Part shown: in pieces, positions 1 through 11,600 of the stretch
Position numbering within the stretch: the stretch's first letter is position 1
How the letters are laid out: each line of letters begins with the position of its first letter
Assembly (NCBI GenBank): GCA_965235115.1
Contig: OZ249440.1
Coordinates: forward strand, 19,654,001-19,718,000
DNA from: Laetmonice hystrix
Lineage: Eukaryota
Length of the DNA stretch: 64,000 nt
Reading direction: 5' to 3'
The notes under the pieces: model-generated
What the model was told of the DNA's origin: nothing
The model's database searches: none
Seen by the model: the letters and a program-made list of their open reading frames with translations, nothing else
Program-made: the position numbers and the translations under genes

Positions 1-1099
1 GGGTTGGAATATGATATAATCAGGTAGGGTAATCATCTGCCAAAAATTGAAAGAGTTTCTTTGTAGGCCTATAATGTGCCTCAGTAATTGCTCTACGAAT
101 TCTGAAATATGGCCAAATTCCCCTCAGAATGCACCATTTCACTCCTAGTTTTATTTTTTTCTGGGGAGCATGCCCCCGGACCCCATACAAATGCGTCGTG
201 CCTACGGCGCTCCCTACAGTGGCTTTGCCGCTGCATTTCACATTCTCAAACATTGGCCCCACTGGTATTGGAAACCAGTTTCAATATCCGTGGTCAAGAA
301 ACAGCCTCTGCGTCCACCCCTGCAAATTTATGGAACTCATTTCGCTATAAGTAACCTACCCATTTTCAGACCAGCCTACGGGCCTGCCATGGGGACACTA
401 AGTAAACATGCACACATGAATAGTATCTCTAAAACTGACAGAATCCTTCATAAATTGAATTACATTATGTCCCTCAACTTGCCCTGGATTGAATTGAAAG
501 ACCTCATTCATCAAACCTACGAACTACCACATAATTTTCAGGATGCCTTTGAACGACACTCAATAAATCCACTGCCGGGGGTTTGTAGTCATTTTGTGGT
601 TCGTGTAGATTGTGTAAAATGTAGGCGAAAACAAACTAATTTCATACTCGAAGATTTGCGACCGGTCGGCACAAACCTGTGTGCCTGCAAACCTGTGTCC
701 CTTTCAATGTATTTTCCGCGGAGGCCACAAAGAAGTGCGAAATTATCGACGACGGTGGACTCTGAAATCTTGCTCGCGTTGACGTTAGATAGTTGGCAAC
801 GTCTTGGGCCATATCACACAAACAACCCTCGACCTTGACCTAATGTCACTGTCGTCTGCTTCTAGCTTGTCAGACAGTGGCAAACTCTATTATCAGCGGC
901 TCGACGAGAACACGTGCCAACTCAAATATCTTATCGAGTCGCCCTCTATCGTCAACTGTGTAGTTCCGGCGGCGGCCGCCCGGGGGACAAGGTTTGATCC
1001 AACAACGTATAACCATAGATGTACACATCTATGGTATAACAAAGTCTTTTTTCAAACTTAATTAATGAAAAAGTTCAAAGGGGGCGTACTAAAAGCAGT

Positions 1100-1395
1100 T
1101 ATAGAGTATCTCTCATTTCAATGACTCCATAATGAACGAGCTGTAAGGTTAGACCAGGCCTTAAGTGCTGAACCCACCAAGGCGATTCCCCTTGCGACAC
1201 CCATGCGATTTTGACATCACCCTTTTATTTTACTGTAATTTTGACATTAAAGGATGGAACCCATTTCCTGAAACGGAGGAGGCCAGCCAGGAAAAATTTC
1301 AGAGTGAAATTCCACCATTAAATCAAAAACCGCATGGCCGTCGCAAGGGGAATCGCCTTGGTGGGTTCAGCACTTTAGACTACATTAATCAACAA
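1100..1395. mobile_element. Fragment of a long-TIR MITE (family of 26755-27062), interrupted by the MITE at 1164-1374
   Basis: TATCTCTCATTTCAATGACTCCATAATGAA...GTAAGGTTAGACCAGGCC-TTA-[insert]-GACTACATTAAT aligns with the left TIR at 26761-26833 (TATCTCTTATATCAATGATTCCAGAATGAA...TTAGGTTAGATAAGGCCTCAGACTACATAAAT). Confidence 0.7.
1164..1374. mobile_element. 211-bp MITE, PIF/Harbinger (Tourist)-like
   Basis: About 45-bp TIRs, outer 34 bp perfect (AGTGCTGAACCCACCAAGGCGATTCCCCTTGCGA and its reverse complement). TTA at 1161-1163 and 1375-1377; a 3-bp TWA TSD is typical of PIF/Harbinger. Confidence 0.9.
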
Positions 1396-1552
1396 GACTT
1401 CCAGATTGCAGGCAATCAGGTATCCCGTTCCTCCATGGATGTATCTAGAAAGGCTCTGTAGGGCATGAAAGAAAATCAACCATGACAGTAATGAACGTCG
1501 GGTAGCCTACCAACAGACCACTAAGCCACCTGTAGTATTAGAGTTGTCATGC

Positions 1553-1620
1553 GTGGGATTTGAACCCCAGACCCTTGGCCTGTGAAATTCCTACACTCTA
1601 CCACTGCACCATCCATGCGC
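1553..1620 (-). mobile_element. Degenerate tRNA-derived SINE head
   Basis: Minus strand has an A-box-like TGGTGCAGTGGTAG and a B-box-like GGTTCAAATCC at tRNA spacing; no convincing acceptor stem. A second A-box-like piece lies near 1790-1818. Confidence 0.45.
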
Positions 1621-1844
1621 ACACATAATTTGTAGAGTCTTGCTGTAAATGAATGGCCATAACCGTAGTATAGTACACAACGATCAATTACGTCATACCA
1701 GGGTGAAGTCATAAAGGTTGCCTAGTGGAAGAAACCAGAAGTCGAATATATAAAAAATAGAAAAGAACAGAAAACCTCTGGCATGAAGAGCTTACACTCT
1801 ACCAATGAGCCATCAATGCACACACATAACGACACGTAAACAGA

Positions 1845-1971
1845 TGTTTGCTCATGACACCTTGGACCATCGCCTCACACCACAGCAGTCCGGCTTCCAT
1901 CCCCGGACAGGGCTGCATTTGTGAAAAGTTTTTCAGTTAGTTCCTTCCGAAGGCAAGGCGTAAAACCCCAA
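1845..1971 (+). mobile_element. 5'-truncated, diverged copy of the tRNA-SINE at 53966-54120
   Basis: Colinear with 53992-54119 (TGTTTGCTCATGACACC...GGACCATCGCCTCACACCA...GTGAAA...CCGAAGGCAA.GCGTAAAACCCCAA); B box degraded. Confidence 0.8.
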
Positions 1972-2255
1972 CTCTGGCGTTAAATGGAAATAGCTAGTAA
2001 CTAACATTTTTGGAAAAATGAGTTTGATGTTTCTTTAAACTTACTATCTGATTGCGCATCTCCCTACACAAGAATTGTATAGATATTATGTACTGGTATA
2101 TTCCACAAACGGTTTATGTGTGAAAGGTTTGAAAGGTCGACGTCCGTCCTAGTACTGGGACTCGGACGGTAATCTGTCTACCCCCACACAAGTGAATCGT
2201 GTCCTCATGAGAGACTCTCAAATAACCACCTGCCCTCTCTAACAGTGGCCGAGTT

Positions 2256-2490
2256 NNNNNNNNNNNNNNNNNNNNNNNNNNNNNNNNNNNNNNNNNNNNN
2301 NNNNNNNNNNNNNNNNNNNNNNNNNNNNNNNNNNNNNNNNNNNNNNNNNNNNNNNNNNNNNNNNNNNNNNNNNNNNNNNNNNNNNNNNNNNNNNNNNNNN
2401 NNNNNNNNNNNNNNNNNNNNNNNNNNNNNNNNNNNNNNNNNNNNNNNNNNNNNNNNNNNNNNNNNNNNNNNNNNNNNNNNNNNNNNNNNN
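2256..2490. other. Assembly gap (235 N)
   Basis: Run of N; ORFs spanning it are artefacts. Confidence 1.
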
Positions 2491-2827
2491 GTGCAAAACA
2501 AAACGTCTCCCCCAGCTGGGGGAGACGTAATAACCACCTGCGCATTGATTTCATCCCGAGCTATTATCACAACTGTCTGGGGGTCATGGAAAGTGTTCAC
2601 CTTAATCAACCCTTGCTCTACTCGAATAACGAGTAGTCATAAGACTCCAATTAGAAAGCACGTAGGCCTTCGGCTATATGCCCTCTGCAAAGAAAACCAG
2701 CTAATACAGTTTCATTAGAGTGACATTTCAGTTGATCTTGCTGGCAGTGACGGTGGTAGTGGGCGGATGTTGGTCCAGCATCTGACAACACGTCAGTTAT
2801 TAAACCGCCGATTACGTTCACTGTGGT

Positions 2828-3070
2828 AAGCAGTGCTGCCGACTGCTTTATCAAAGGCCGGCACTGTCACGATACGTCTATGTGGACGTTAAAGATCCCT
2901 TGGCACCTATCGATAAGAGTAGGGGTTCGCCCCGATGCCAGGTTTCCTCCTATCATCTCATTATCACCCAATGGATTTCACCGACTGAGTTAGTTACCTT
3001 GTTCTCGCCCTGAAATAGCTGAAATACTGCTGACTGGGCGTTAAACACCAACTACTCACTCACTCACTCA
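2828..3070 (+). mobile_element. SINE with Deu/Nin-like central domain and (CACT)n tail
   Basis: GTGGACGTTAAAGATCCCTTGGCACCTATCGATAAGAGTAGGGG resembles the Deu/Nin SINE core as I recall it (not database-checked). Ends TCGCCCTGAAATAGCTGAAATACTG...GGCGTTAAACACCAA plus CACT repeats; related pieces at 18811-18998 and 29090-29106. Confidence 0.7.
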
Positions 3071-3200
3071 CGTTCACTGTGGCCTCCACACGGTCGTCTC
3101 AATGTCCGGGAGAGACCTTGTACGGTGTTCATGACGGTACGGAAAGAAGTATGACAACCTCGTACGAATACGTTTAGTCCTAAGTGCGAAAGGAAACTAG

Positions 3201-3320
3201 GATTTTGACATCATCCTTTTATTTTACTGTGATTTTGAGATTAAAGGATGGAACCCATTTCCACAAAGAGCCATGAAAAACTACAGAGTGAAATTCCATC
3301 ATTAAATCAAAAATCGCATA
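3201..3320 (+). repeat. Second copy of the interior of the 1164-1374 MITE, without its TIRs
   Basis: GATTTTGACATCA...TTAAAGGATGGAACCCATTTCC...CAGAGTGAAATTCCA.CATTAAATCAAAAA.CGCAT matches about 1208-1335. Confidence 0.85.
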
Positions 3321-3337
3321 GACTTCACAAGAATCAA

Positions 3338-3720
3338 GTGCCAGATCCACTAAGCCGAATTTCTTGCGAATTTGCCGTCGCGCCGAATTCGCATGATCTC
3401 ATGAGCTGTCGGCGCGAATTTCGCTGTAGTGGATCAGGTGTTCGCATGAGATTCGCACGATCTCATGCGAATTCGCATGGCCATGAGAATGCCAACCGAC
3501 AAAATCCCAACGTAAATGTGTACTTTTTCTTGCGAATTTGCCGTCGCGCCGAATTCGCATGATCTCATGAGCTGTCGGCGCGCAAATCGCTGTAGTGGAT
3601 CAGGCGTTCGGTTGAGATTTGCTTGTCGCATGGGAATTCGCGTGGCCATGAGAATGCAAAGCGAAAATATTCAAACGTTTAGAAATTTTCGCATGGGTCG
3701 CTTGTGATCGCTTCACTTCT
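3338..3720. mobile_element. Left part of a TTCGC-rich MITE-like element with an internal 167-bp duplication
   Basis: Starts G(T)GCCAGATCCACTAAGCCGA. 3359-3490 recurs at 3526-3658. Shares CGCTGTAGTGGAT with 6030-6289. Confidence 0.65.
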
Positions 3721-3976
3721 CCAAGATAGCCAACTTTGCTGTCCGGGCGGCGTTTTTAGTTACCGAGATTGATACTATAGCTGGCAGGGGCCGGTCATGT
3801 GATCAAATCTGGGATCGTACACAAACCAGCGACAACTTGGTCGCTGGTTTGTGAACCCAAGCCGGTCGCCACGCTCTCAATTATGCGAATACCTACCGTC
3901 TGTGGCGAGTTCCACTGCCAAAACCCAGCCCGGTCACTCTACCAGGCCGTAGTCTACTACGCCCTGCCCAGATCGC

Positions 3977-4411
3977 GCCGGTGTGGCGTAGGCCTGCTTC
4001 CGCCGTACTGTACATTCCGCTCAGCCATCTACCCGGCTTGGAGCCATCACTGGCCGAGACTTGGACGCACCAAGTCTTCGTTAACTTCGTTGACTCGCAT
4101 AGCCTAAATCCAACTAGTTTGACCGCAGTTTTCCATTTTACACAGAAAACGTACGCCCGATACTTACAATACCCCCTGGTGGTACTACAAATGTTTAGGT
4201 TGGGTTTTATAAAATACAATTTAAATAGGTACACAATCGTGTACGATTGCCCAGTGCCCGACAAGTCACGGCCAGAGAGACCGGCTGCCCAACTGCACTC
4301 TTGCGGCTATTGGTGCGTGCAAGTCCCGGTCAGTGACAGCTCCCATTGCAGCCGGGAAGGTGCCTGAGCGGAATGTACAGTACAACGGAAGCTAGAGTAC
4401 GCCACACCGGC
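3977..4411. mobile_element. About 435-bp MITE with about 95-bp imperfect TIRs
   Basis: GCCGGTGTGGCGTA...GTACTGTACATTCCGCTCAG...ACGCACCAA pairs with TTGGTGCGT...CTGAGCGGAATGTACAGTAC...TACGCCACACCGGC. No clear TSD. Confidence 0.8.
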
Positions 4412-4421
4412 CCTCAGTGCC

Positions 4422-5035
4422 AGTGTACTATGAAATATTTTTGAAATATTTCATAGGCAGCAATATTTCATAGCCTGTAGCTATGAAATATTGCATAGCT
4501 TATAGCTATGGAATAATGCCGCCTATGAAATATTGCAGTCATGAAGTACCTTAGTACATGTACTGCAATATTCCACGGACTGCAATATTTCATAGCTATA
4601 GCTATGGAATAATGCCGCCTATGAAATATTGCAGTCATGAAATGCTGAAATATTCCACGGACTGCAATATTCCATAGCTATAGCTATGGAACAATGCCGC
4701 CTATGAAATATTGCAGTTATGAAAATGCTGCAATATTCTACGGACTGCAATATTTCATAGCTATAGCTATGGAATAATGTCGCCTATGAAATATTGCAGT
4801 CATGAAATAGCCTAGTACTGCAATATTCCACGGACTGCAATATTTTATAGCCTATAGCTATGGAATAATGCCGCCTATGAAATATTGCAGTCATGATATA
4901 TTGCAGTACGAAAGCACAATGCGGCAATATTTTATGACTGCAATATTTCATAGCCAATGTGTATGAAAAATTGCAGTCATGAAATATTGCCACATTTTGA
5001 CGCATTACTGCAATATTTCATCCCTGCAATATTGG
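4422..5035. repeat. Array of palindrome-rich units of about 83 bp, possibly a MITE interior
   Basis: About 5 units near TATGAAATATTGCAGTCATGAA...CCACGGACTGCAATATTTCATAGCTATAGCTATGGAATAATGCCGCC, with degenerate flanks. The right end reads CAGGGATGAAATATTGC on the minus strand (hAT-like). Confidence 0.85.
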
Positions 5036-6029
5036 CCCTCAATCCTCAGGTCTGGGGTGAGTTTATAACAGATGCCAGCCAGTCTGCAGGAGTGCCGGGA
5101 GAGGAGGCGACACATAGCTTGGCTGAGGTCACACAGCATGAATGTGGGGAGTCAGCTCGGCCCGCTTAGTATACGGGGGTTGGGGTATGAGGGCACCTTC
5201 ACATTAGCACCCAATTTTTAAAATGAACGCTCACAGATCCTGCACGGGGCTTTGGGTAAGCCGCAGGGGACCGGCTTGCCGAACTAGGCCTATTCCTTTT
5301 GAGAAGATATATGGCGGATTTCCCTGTGACAGAACCGGTGGTTATATAATCCAAAAACAAACACCCAGCGTAAGTTTAACTAAGGAAATATCACTGCTTG
5401 ATGCCGCTCTTCGCCTAGGCCTACTTTATGCCACTGCATGGTGTAGTGAGAGGTGGGGGTTGTTAGGGGCATCGCTGTGATGAGGGGGTAGGCCTATCCT
5501 AGGTACGGTACCCCTCAATGTAGGCCGGCCCCCTCTGAGGCCCTATTCATCATAGTTGTACTGCATCTGCGAGCAAGAATATTGGGATCCTAATATTCTT
5601 GTGAGAGGGTCACATGTGTAGAGTTATCCTAAAGACAGCTGATTCCTAAAATAAAGTTCACTACACACAGCTAGGAAAGAAAATACTTTTCTTTTAAGAA
5701 ACAGCAAACTCTTTATACTATACAGAGAAATTAAGACTGTATTTTATTATGAACTATGGTTACCTAAATAAAAATAGTAGTTTGTTAACAACTGTGGCTA
5801 AAACTTTTTTCGTGTGGCCAGTTTTTTTCCTCAGTTGTTAGCCTTTGTGGCTCAGACCCAAAATTCACTAGCGAATACTCCCTGTAATGAATATAGTTGC
5901 AGTCGCAATGGTTGCTACCACAGGCTCCAAATTAATCGGCATCCCCATGTTGATGGGCGAACATTAGGCCTGGGTGAACTTGGACACGAATGCTTCCAAA
6001 GGGTAATCTAGTGTAGGTTAGGCCTAACC

Positions 6030-6289
6030 CGTTATTCAGTCCCGGCGACCAATACGCTCAGACATTCGCATGAGAAATTCGCATGAATCGCTGTAGGGGA
6101 TTTGCCATTCGCAAGAGAAATTCGCATGAATCGCTGTAGTGGATTTGCCATTCGCAAGAGAAATTCGCATGAATCGCTGTAGTGGATTTGCCATTCGCAT
6201 GGGATTCGCATCAGTCGCAAGATTCGCATAATCGCATGCGTCGCATGAGAATTTCAATGCGAATGTCATCGCCTTAGTGGATCTGGCCC
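6030..6289. mobile_element. Right part of the TTCGC-rich element with 43-bp tandem repeats
   Basis: About 3.3 copies of ATTCGCAAGAGAAATTCGCATGAATCGCTGTAGTGGATTTGCC (6065-6205). Ends TCGCCTTAGTGGATCTGGCCC, the near reverse complement of 3338-3358. Confidence 0.65.
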
Positions 6290-7202
6290 ATCACGACCCA
6301 ACACGTTGGATACAACATGGTTGCATTCAACAAATCTGGTGGCGTTGGGTTGTGTGTATCACCATCAAAAAAATTGTATTCAACAAAAGACTCGTTGGAC
6401 GAAAGTTGAACTAAGCATTACTTCATCCAACAAGTATGTTGTCAAATGTCAAGACGATACCACAACTAATTAGAAGTTCCCTTGCAGCGACACTCAGGCC
6501 ACATGATTAAGCTATGCAAAATGGCGTCCTGTACCAAACATGTTCATGGTCAAACGAAGAAATAGAAAGATTTATAAAGCTATATATTGACAATCCCCTA
6601 CTCTATGATAGCCAGTGAAAGTATTTTTTTAACCTTCCCCGTCTCTCTTCCATCTTTGCAAAACTAATAACTAACACGTTCCATGAATTATTCTATCGGT
6701 AATTATGATATCGTCATCAGACAGGGTATGAACCAATAAGACTTATTTCTTGGTTAGACATGCAGGCTGATACAATTAATATTTTTGTTATGCTCCCAGT
6801 CAATTTCTCTAAAAGCTGCTCCAAGAAGACTATGTTTTTTTTTCTTGTCATCGTTTCACGTGATCCTGTCCAAACCGAAGTGCAGTCGCCGACACGAACG
6901 ACTGGTGAGGACTATAAAGCATTCATCGTTTTTTCTTCCCATTTGCTTTTAGTATAATTAAGTATCGTCAATCAAAGTTTAATCATCTATCAGCTATGCA
7001 GTGAACTATCTTATGACAATTATTTTACTTGGTCTAATTAGATCATATATACGATGTGAAGGATTATTTTTGTTTTGAAACACCTTCCATCATCAGTTTT
7101 TCCTTATGTTGGATGTTGATGTTGGAGTTTCATCTGATGTCATTATAAAGTAAACCCGCCCTTCCGACCCATAGCCAGAGTTCAGTACATGGAGAATATT
7201 AT

Positions 7203-7375
7203 AACTACTTCCGCCAGCCAAGTTGGAAGGAGGTTACAATTTTCAGCCCGGTCTGTCTGTCTGTTTGTCTATTAACAAGATATCTCAAAACGTCCCGAAC
7301 GGATTGTCATGAAACTTTCAGGTATGATTGGTCTCGTGCCAGGGAATAATCGATTAGATTTTTGATATTTTATCT
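7203..7375 (+). mobile_element. Helentron-associated (HINE/DINE-1-like) element, 5' portion
   Basis: CTTCCGCC...GGAGGTTAC, then a (TCTG)n microsatellite, then GAACGGATTGTCATGAAACTT...GGGAATAATCGATTAGATTTTTG: the layout of HINE-type elements as I recall it. Confidence 0.6.
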
Positions 7376-7574
7376 GGTATAACAATAATATTTTGTTTTT
7401 CCTGTTGCCGCGCAGGGGTGTGATCGGGTGTGAGCAAAAAAAGTCCCCCCGCCGTCAAAGACGCTACTACGTTTATGTTAATACTGGAATGATTTAGTAC
7501 ATATTTCTGCAAAAAGGTTTGAAGTTAATGCCAGTTTTCTGGCGGGGTTGACGAAGTTTAACCACCACCACCCC

Positions 7575-7930
7575 CTATATAAGTGTTATAAGATCTCGAG
7601 AATCTTAGAAATAACCGACAGGACGGACGTGGGTCTGTAATTAGTGAATAGATGGGGACTTTGGGCTTTGTATATGGGTTTATATCGTGCCATTTTGAGT
7701 AGGCGAGGAATCTTCCCGGTTTCAAATGATAAATTAATAATGAGACGTATAAGTAAACGGTTAATTGCTTTTATCATTTTAGGTTGTACCCGTCAATACC
7801 AGCGGCAGCATTTTTTAAAAAGAATTTATGGTTCGCGCTACTTCATCATAATTGGTAGGAGTTATAAATATCGAACATAAATATTATATTGGTTAATCCT
7901 AAGTAGTTATCAAATGGGACCTGCGTTTGG
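7575..7930 (-). pseudogene. Decayed non-LTR (CR1/L2/Jockey-group) ORF2 fragment, RT N-terminal region
   Basis: Translation IINLSFETGKIPRLLKMARYKPIYK...NYRPTSVLSVISKILE matches the INxSxxxGxxPxxLKxAKVxPIxK...NYRPISLLxxxSKILE block. A weak ORF1-like remnant may lie at about 8250-8600. Confidence 0.85.
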
Positions 7931-10900
7931 TATTTTATCTAATTGAGAGGACTACTTTGTGAAATATTTCTTTTATTTTTGCATACACCCGAAAGTAGGC
8001 GTATACATACGCAGAGCTCTAAGCCCATGACCATGCAGAATGAATAATGTTTTACCAGTTGTGACCGGAGAGATATTTGACCACTCAACATCTGTCTGTG
8101 AATGATGATGACGTAGGCAGGCGGGCAGCAGCACTGACGTGACCCCTAGCGGGCTGTTCACGGATTACATGCGGCGCTGCTTCCTGCCCTCATCACTGAA
8201 CAGCTGAGCAGCCGACTGGAATGGCGACCGATTGTAAATTGGGTTTAAGTAGAGCTTGAAAGAGGTAGGTTGTGCTCAGAATCATATTAAATCTCTACAC
8301 AGTGGCATTTAGTCGGGCAGAACCTACTTGGTTGCTTTACTCTAGCGGAAGATTGCCGCGCCTCAGCTAGATATTCGGTATGCAACAGACTATTTGTTTA
8401 ACAATCCGATAAACGGTGTATCTCTAGTCAATCGGACAGAGTTCTCTATGGTCAGTTGATATTGATATCATTGTTCTAAGAGTCACAGATCTGTTGGACA
8501 CACTATACCTGACAGTCCATTTGAATAGTAAGTATAAAAGTGTATTTCTAGTCCAATTGTTTGTTGATCAAAATCTGGTGACTATATTAGGAGTCAGAAA
8601 AAGGGCTGAAGGCTATAAGGTACGGACATTTGAAAAGTGAGACTAGGCAGAGTCGATTTGTGTCATCAGACTGGATGAGATTTTACAGAAGCAGTTTCAT
8701 GACGTTTTAGTTTTGGGGCCAGATAATACCCGGCCCTTAAATATCATGAGCTTACTCTCCCTCCACGTTTCTATGAAAGTTCAATCTACAAAGCGGGGAT
8801 TTTTCAAATGGTGTACGTAATATATGCTGATTTAGAAGAAGACCATCTGAAGTTGTGGGATCCTGTAGCAGGATCACGTAATCGTTCCTTCCTTCCAGAA
8901 TGATGGCATGATAATTAGATTAGTTTTTATAGTCCACTTCTTCGTTGTTCTTTGATAAAAATGAAGGTATTTAAACTTTATCTGACCTCTGGCCTCTCAA
9001 AATGTTAAAAGAGTAGTTTTGAGCATATCGTTGAATGGTGCTTGACAATCAACATTCAAACGTAGCTATAATTTAAACGGATTTTCAAACGGCAGGCTCA
9101 ATTACGACTGGAAAGGGCGAGTTTTACGAACCATCGACGTTTATCGATTCTCAGACAGTGTCAGGCTAAACATGATTGAGTTGAAGCCGGTTAACTTTAA
9201 TCGCATTGGTTGAAATTGACTCCGAGCTAATTTTGTGCAAGTTGATTTTGTCTCTGAATGGGAATTATTCTGATCTTCGCAAAATAAGCAAAGAAAAACG
9301 TTGTTCCGCCTGTGTTAAATAGATTATTTTAGATGTTTGCAAACTGTATTATTGGAGGACGCACTCCGGCATCAAACATAGACACCCACATAATATGTTA
9401 TACGAGCAGGGAGTGGGGGTATAGCATTTACTTAGGCATGTTTGGGACAATAACATACCTTTCAGCGCCTCTCTTCAGCTGTGATTTCCTTTATGCAGGC
9501 AGAACTCGGACACCTTATTGTTGTTGAATGGGTGACACATATTTATTCAATATTAAAACAAAAGGATGTAAATATTCAGAAAGTGAGCCCACGCTGCACT
9601 GACTGACAGTGATATACAAGATAAGATTGAAATGTGTCACCACCCAGGGTGAGCCCTCACTGCACCATCCGGGTTAAGAAGAATGTAAAAATTGAATATG
9701 ATTCAAACAGAAGAAGATATAAGTTATCTAAGGATAATATTGTGACGATAGTTTCTCCTGGACAGTGAGCCCACACTGCACTGCCTGGAAGGGTTGTTAT
9801 AAGTTTGAGGAGACTGGGTGTAATAATGAACAAAGTTGTTGTAAGTGGTATAGATTCTGAATTATGTGTCTGTCAAAAAGGGGTAGTAGGTGGCGACAGT
9901 GCCACGAAGAACCGGAATACGGTAGGAGGAAGATGGGGAGGCGGCGGGATTGAAAAATTCGTGGATGTCCGACTGAAGACGTAATGGCGACGATGAGACG
10001 CATGTGGAAGATGACCTTGACCTCAACTGTATATGACGTCACGTGTTCCCCTGGCGGAGGCAGGGGAAATTTGAGTTATCCGGAGAAGTAGCGCCCACTT
10101 GCGGCTTAGATGAGAATTACCGAGTTCTCCTGCATAAAACTCGTCGAGCCTGCGGCTGCAACGTTCCTTTATGCAGGCAGAACTCGGACACCTTATTGTT
10201 GTTGAATGGGTGACACATATTTATTCAATATTAAAACAAAAGGATGTAAATATTCAGAAAGTGAGCCCACGCTGCACTGACTGACAGTGATATACAAGAT
10301 AAGATTGAAATGTGTCACCACCCAGGGTGAGCCCTCACTGCACCATCCGGGTTAAGAAGAATGTAAAAATTGAATATGATTCAAACAGAAGAAGATATAA
10401 GTTATCTAAGGATAATATTGTGACGATAGTTTCTCCTGGACAGTGAGCCCACACTGCACTGCCTGGAAGGGTTGTTATAAGTTTGAGGAGACTGGGTGTA
10501 ATAATGAACAAAGTTGTTGTAAGTGGTATAGATTCTGAATTATGTGTCTGTCAAAAAGGGGTAGTAGGTGGCGACAGTGCCACCAACCTGCCAGTTGGCA
10601 GGTGGAGCCACCAAAAGAAAAAAGAACTGACGACTCAACAACAAAATGAGTCAAATTGACATCTTATCTGGGGTTAAGAGAACCCGAGCTGATCCACATG
10701 GAATGTCACACCAAATCCAAAGGTTGACGATTGAAGGTGCCGTATCCAGGTCTGGTTAAATGGGTTTAACTGTGAGGAGCGGGCTCCACGGGCAGTCTGT
10801 GTGTTAAAAGCCCCTGTACAACTCCAAACCATCGTCTCCCGATGACATGAAACATAAGAAGATCTGGTCAGTAAAGTATGAACTGTAAGTCATTCTCAAG

Positions 10901-11059
10901 GTGAGGTTGAAACTCCGATGTAGGAATTCGACGGAAGATACATTCAGATGAACTTTCCAACTACAGTCAAGGCACGCACACAAGCTAAAACCCACTCGCT
11001 ATATAAAGGAGAATAACGAAACGATGGCGAGAACCATCGGCGAGACGGGTAGTCACTGC

Positions 11060-11600
11060 CAACACTTGCTAAGTGAATGATAAATCGCACCCAAAGGTGC
11101 AACGTCCCAACCACACGGAGCAAGGCACGGCAGATAAATAAAGTACCACTCGCTAAGTAAAAGAAAATGGACCAAACATTGGCACAAATTCAATCACACG
11201 GGGCGAGACTGACGGTACAGTGCAACTTTGCTAAGTGAATGAGAAATCGCACCCAAAAGCGAACATCCCACCACAGGGGCAAAGCACGCACACCTAACAG
11301 TGCAACACTTGCTAAGTGAATGAGAAACCGCACCCAAAGGTGCAACGTCCCCACCACACGGTGCAAGGCACGCACACAGAATAACGTGCAACCTTGAATA
11401 AATGAATTTGAGGAAATATAAGTAATGGAATAATCACCACATGGGCAAAGCACGAACACCTAACAGCGGAACACGTGCTAAGTAAATGAGAAACAGCACC
11501 CAAAGGAGCAACGTCCCCACCACACGGTGCAAGGCACGTACACAGAATAACGTGCAACCTTGAATAAGTAAATCTGAGGAAATATAAGTAATGGAATAAT
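11060..11600. repeat. Four diverged modular repeats inside the split-repeat element
   Basis: TTGCTAAGTGAATGA.AAA.CGCACCCAAAGGTGCAACGTCCC.ACCACACGG.GCAAGGCACG-type modules near 11066, 11229, 11309 and 11477. Confidence 0.85.

Noticed and set aside
170-838. 222-aa ORF as a gene
   Set aside because: It starts within an interspersed repeat fragment and has no recognisable domain.
10690-10995. YR catalytic remnant (HRSF, IGRRW) inside the split-repeat element
   Set aside because: The motifs are in different frames, poorly match HSFRIGAAT/GRWxS, and are within chance.
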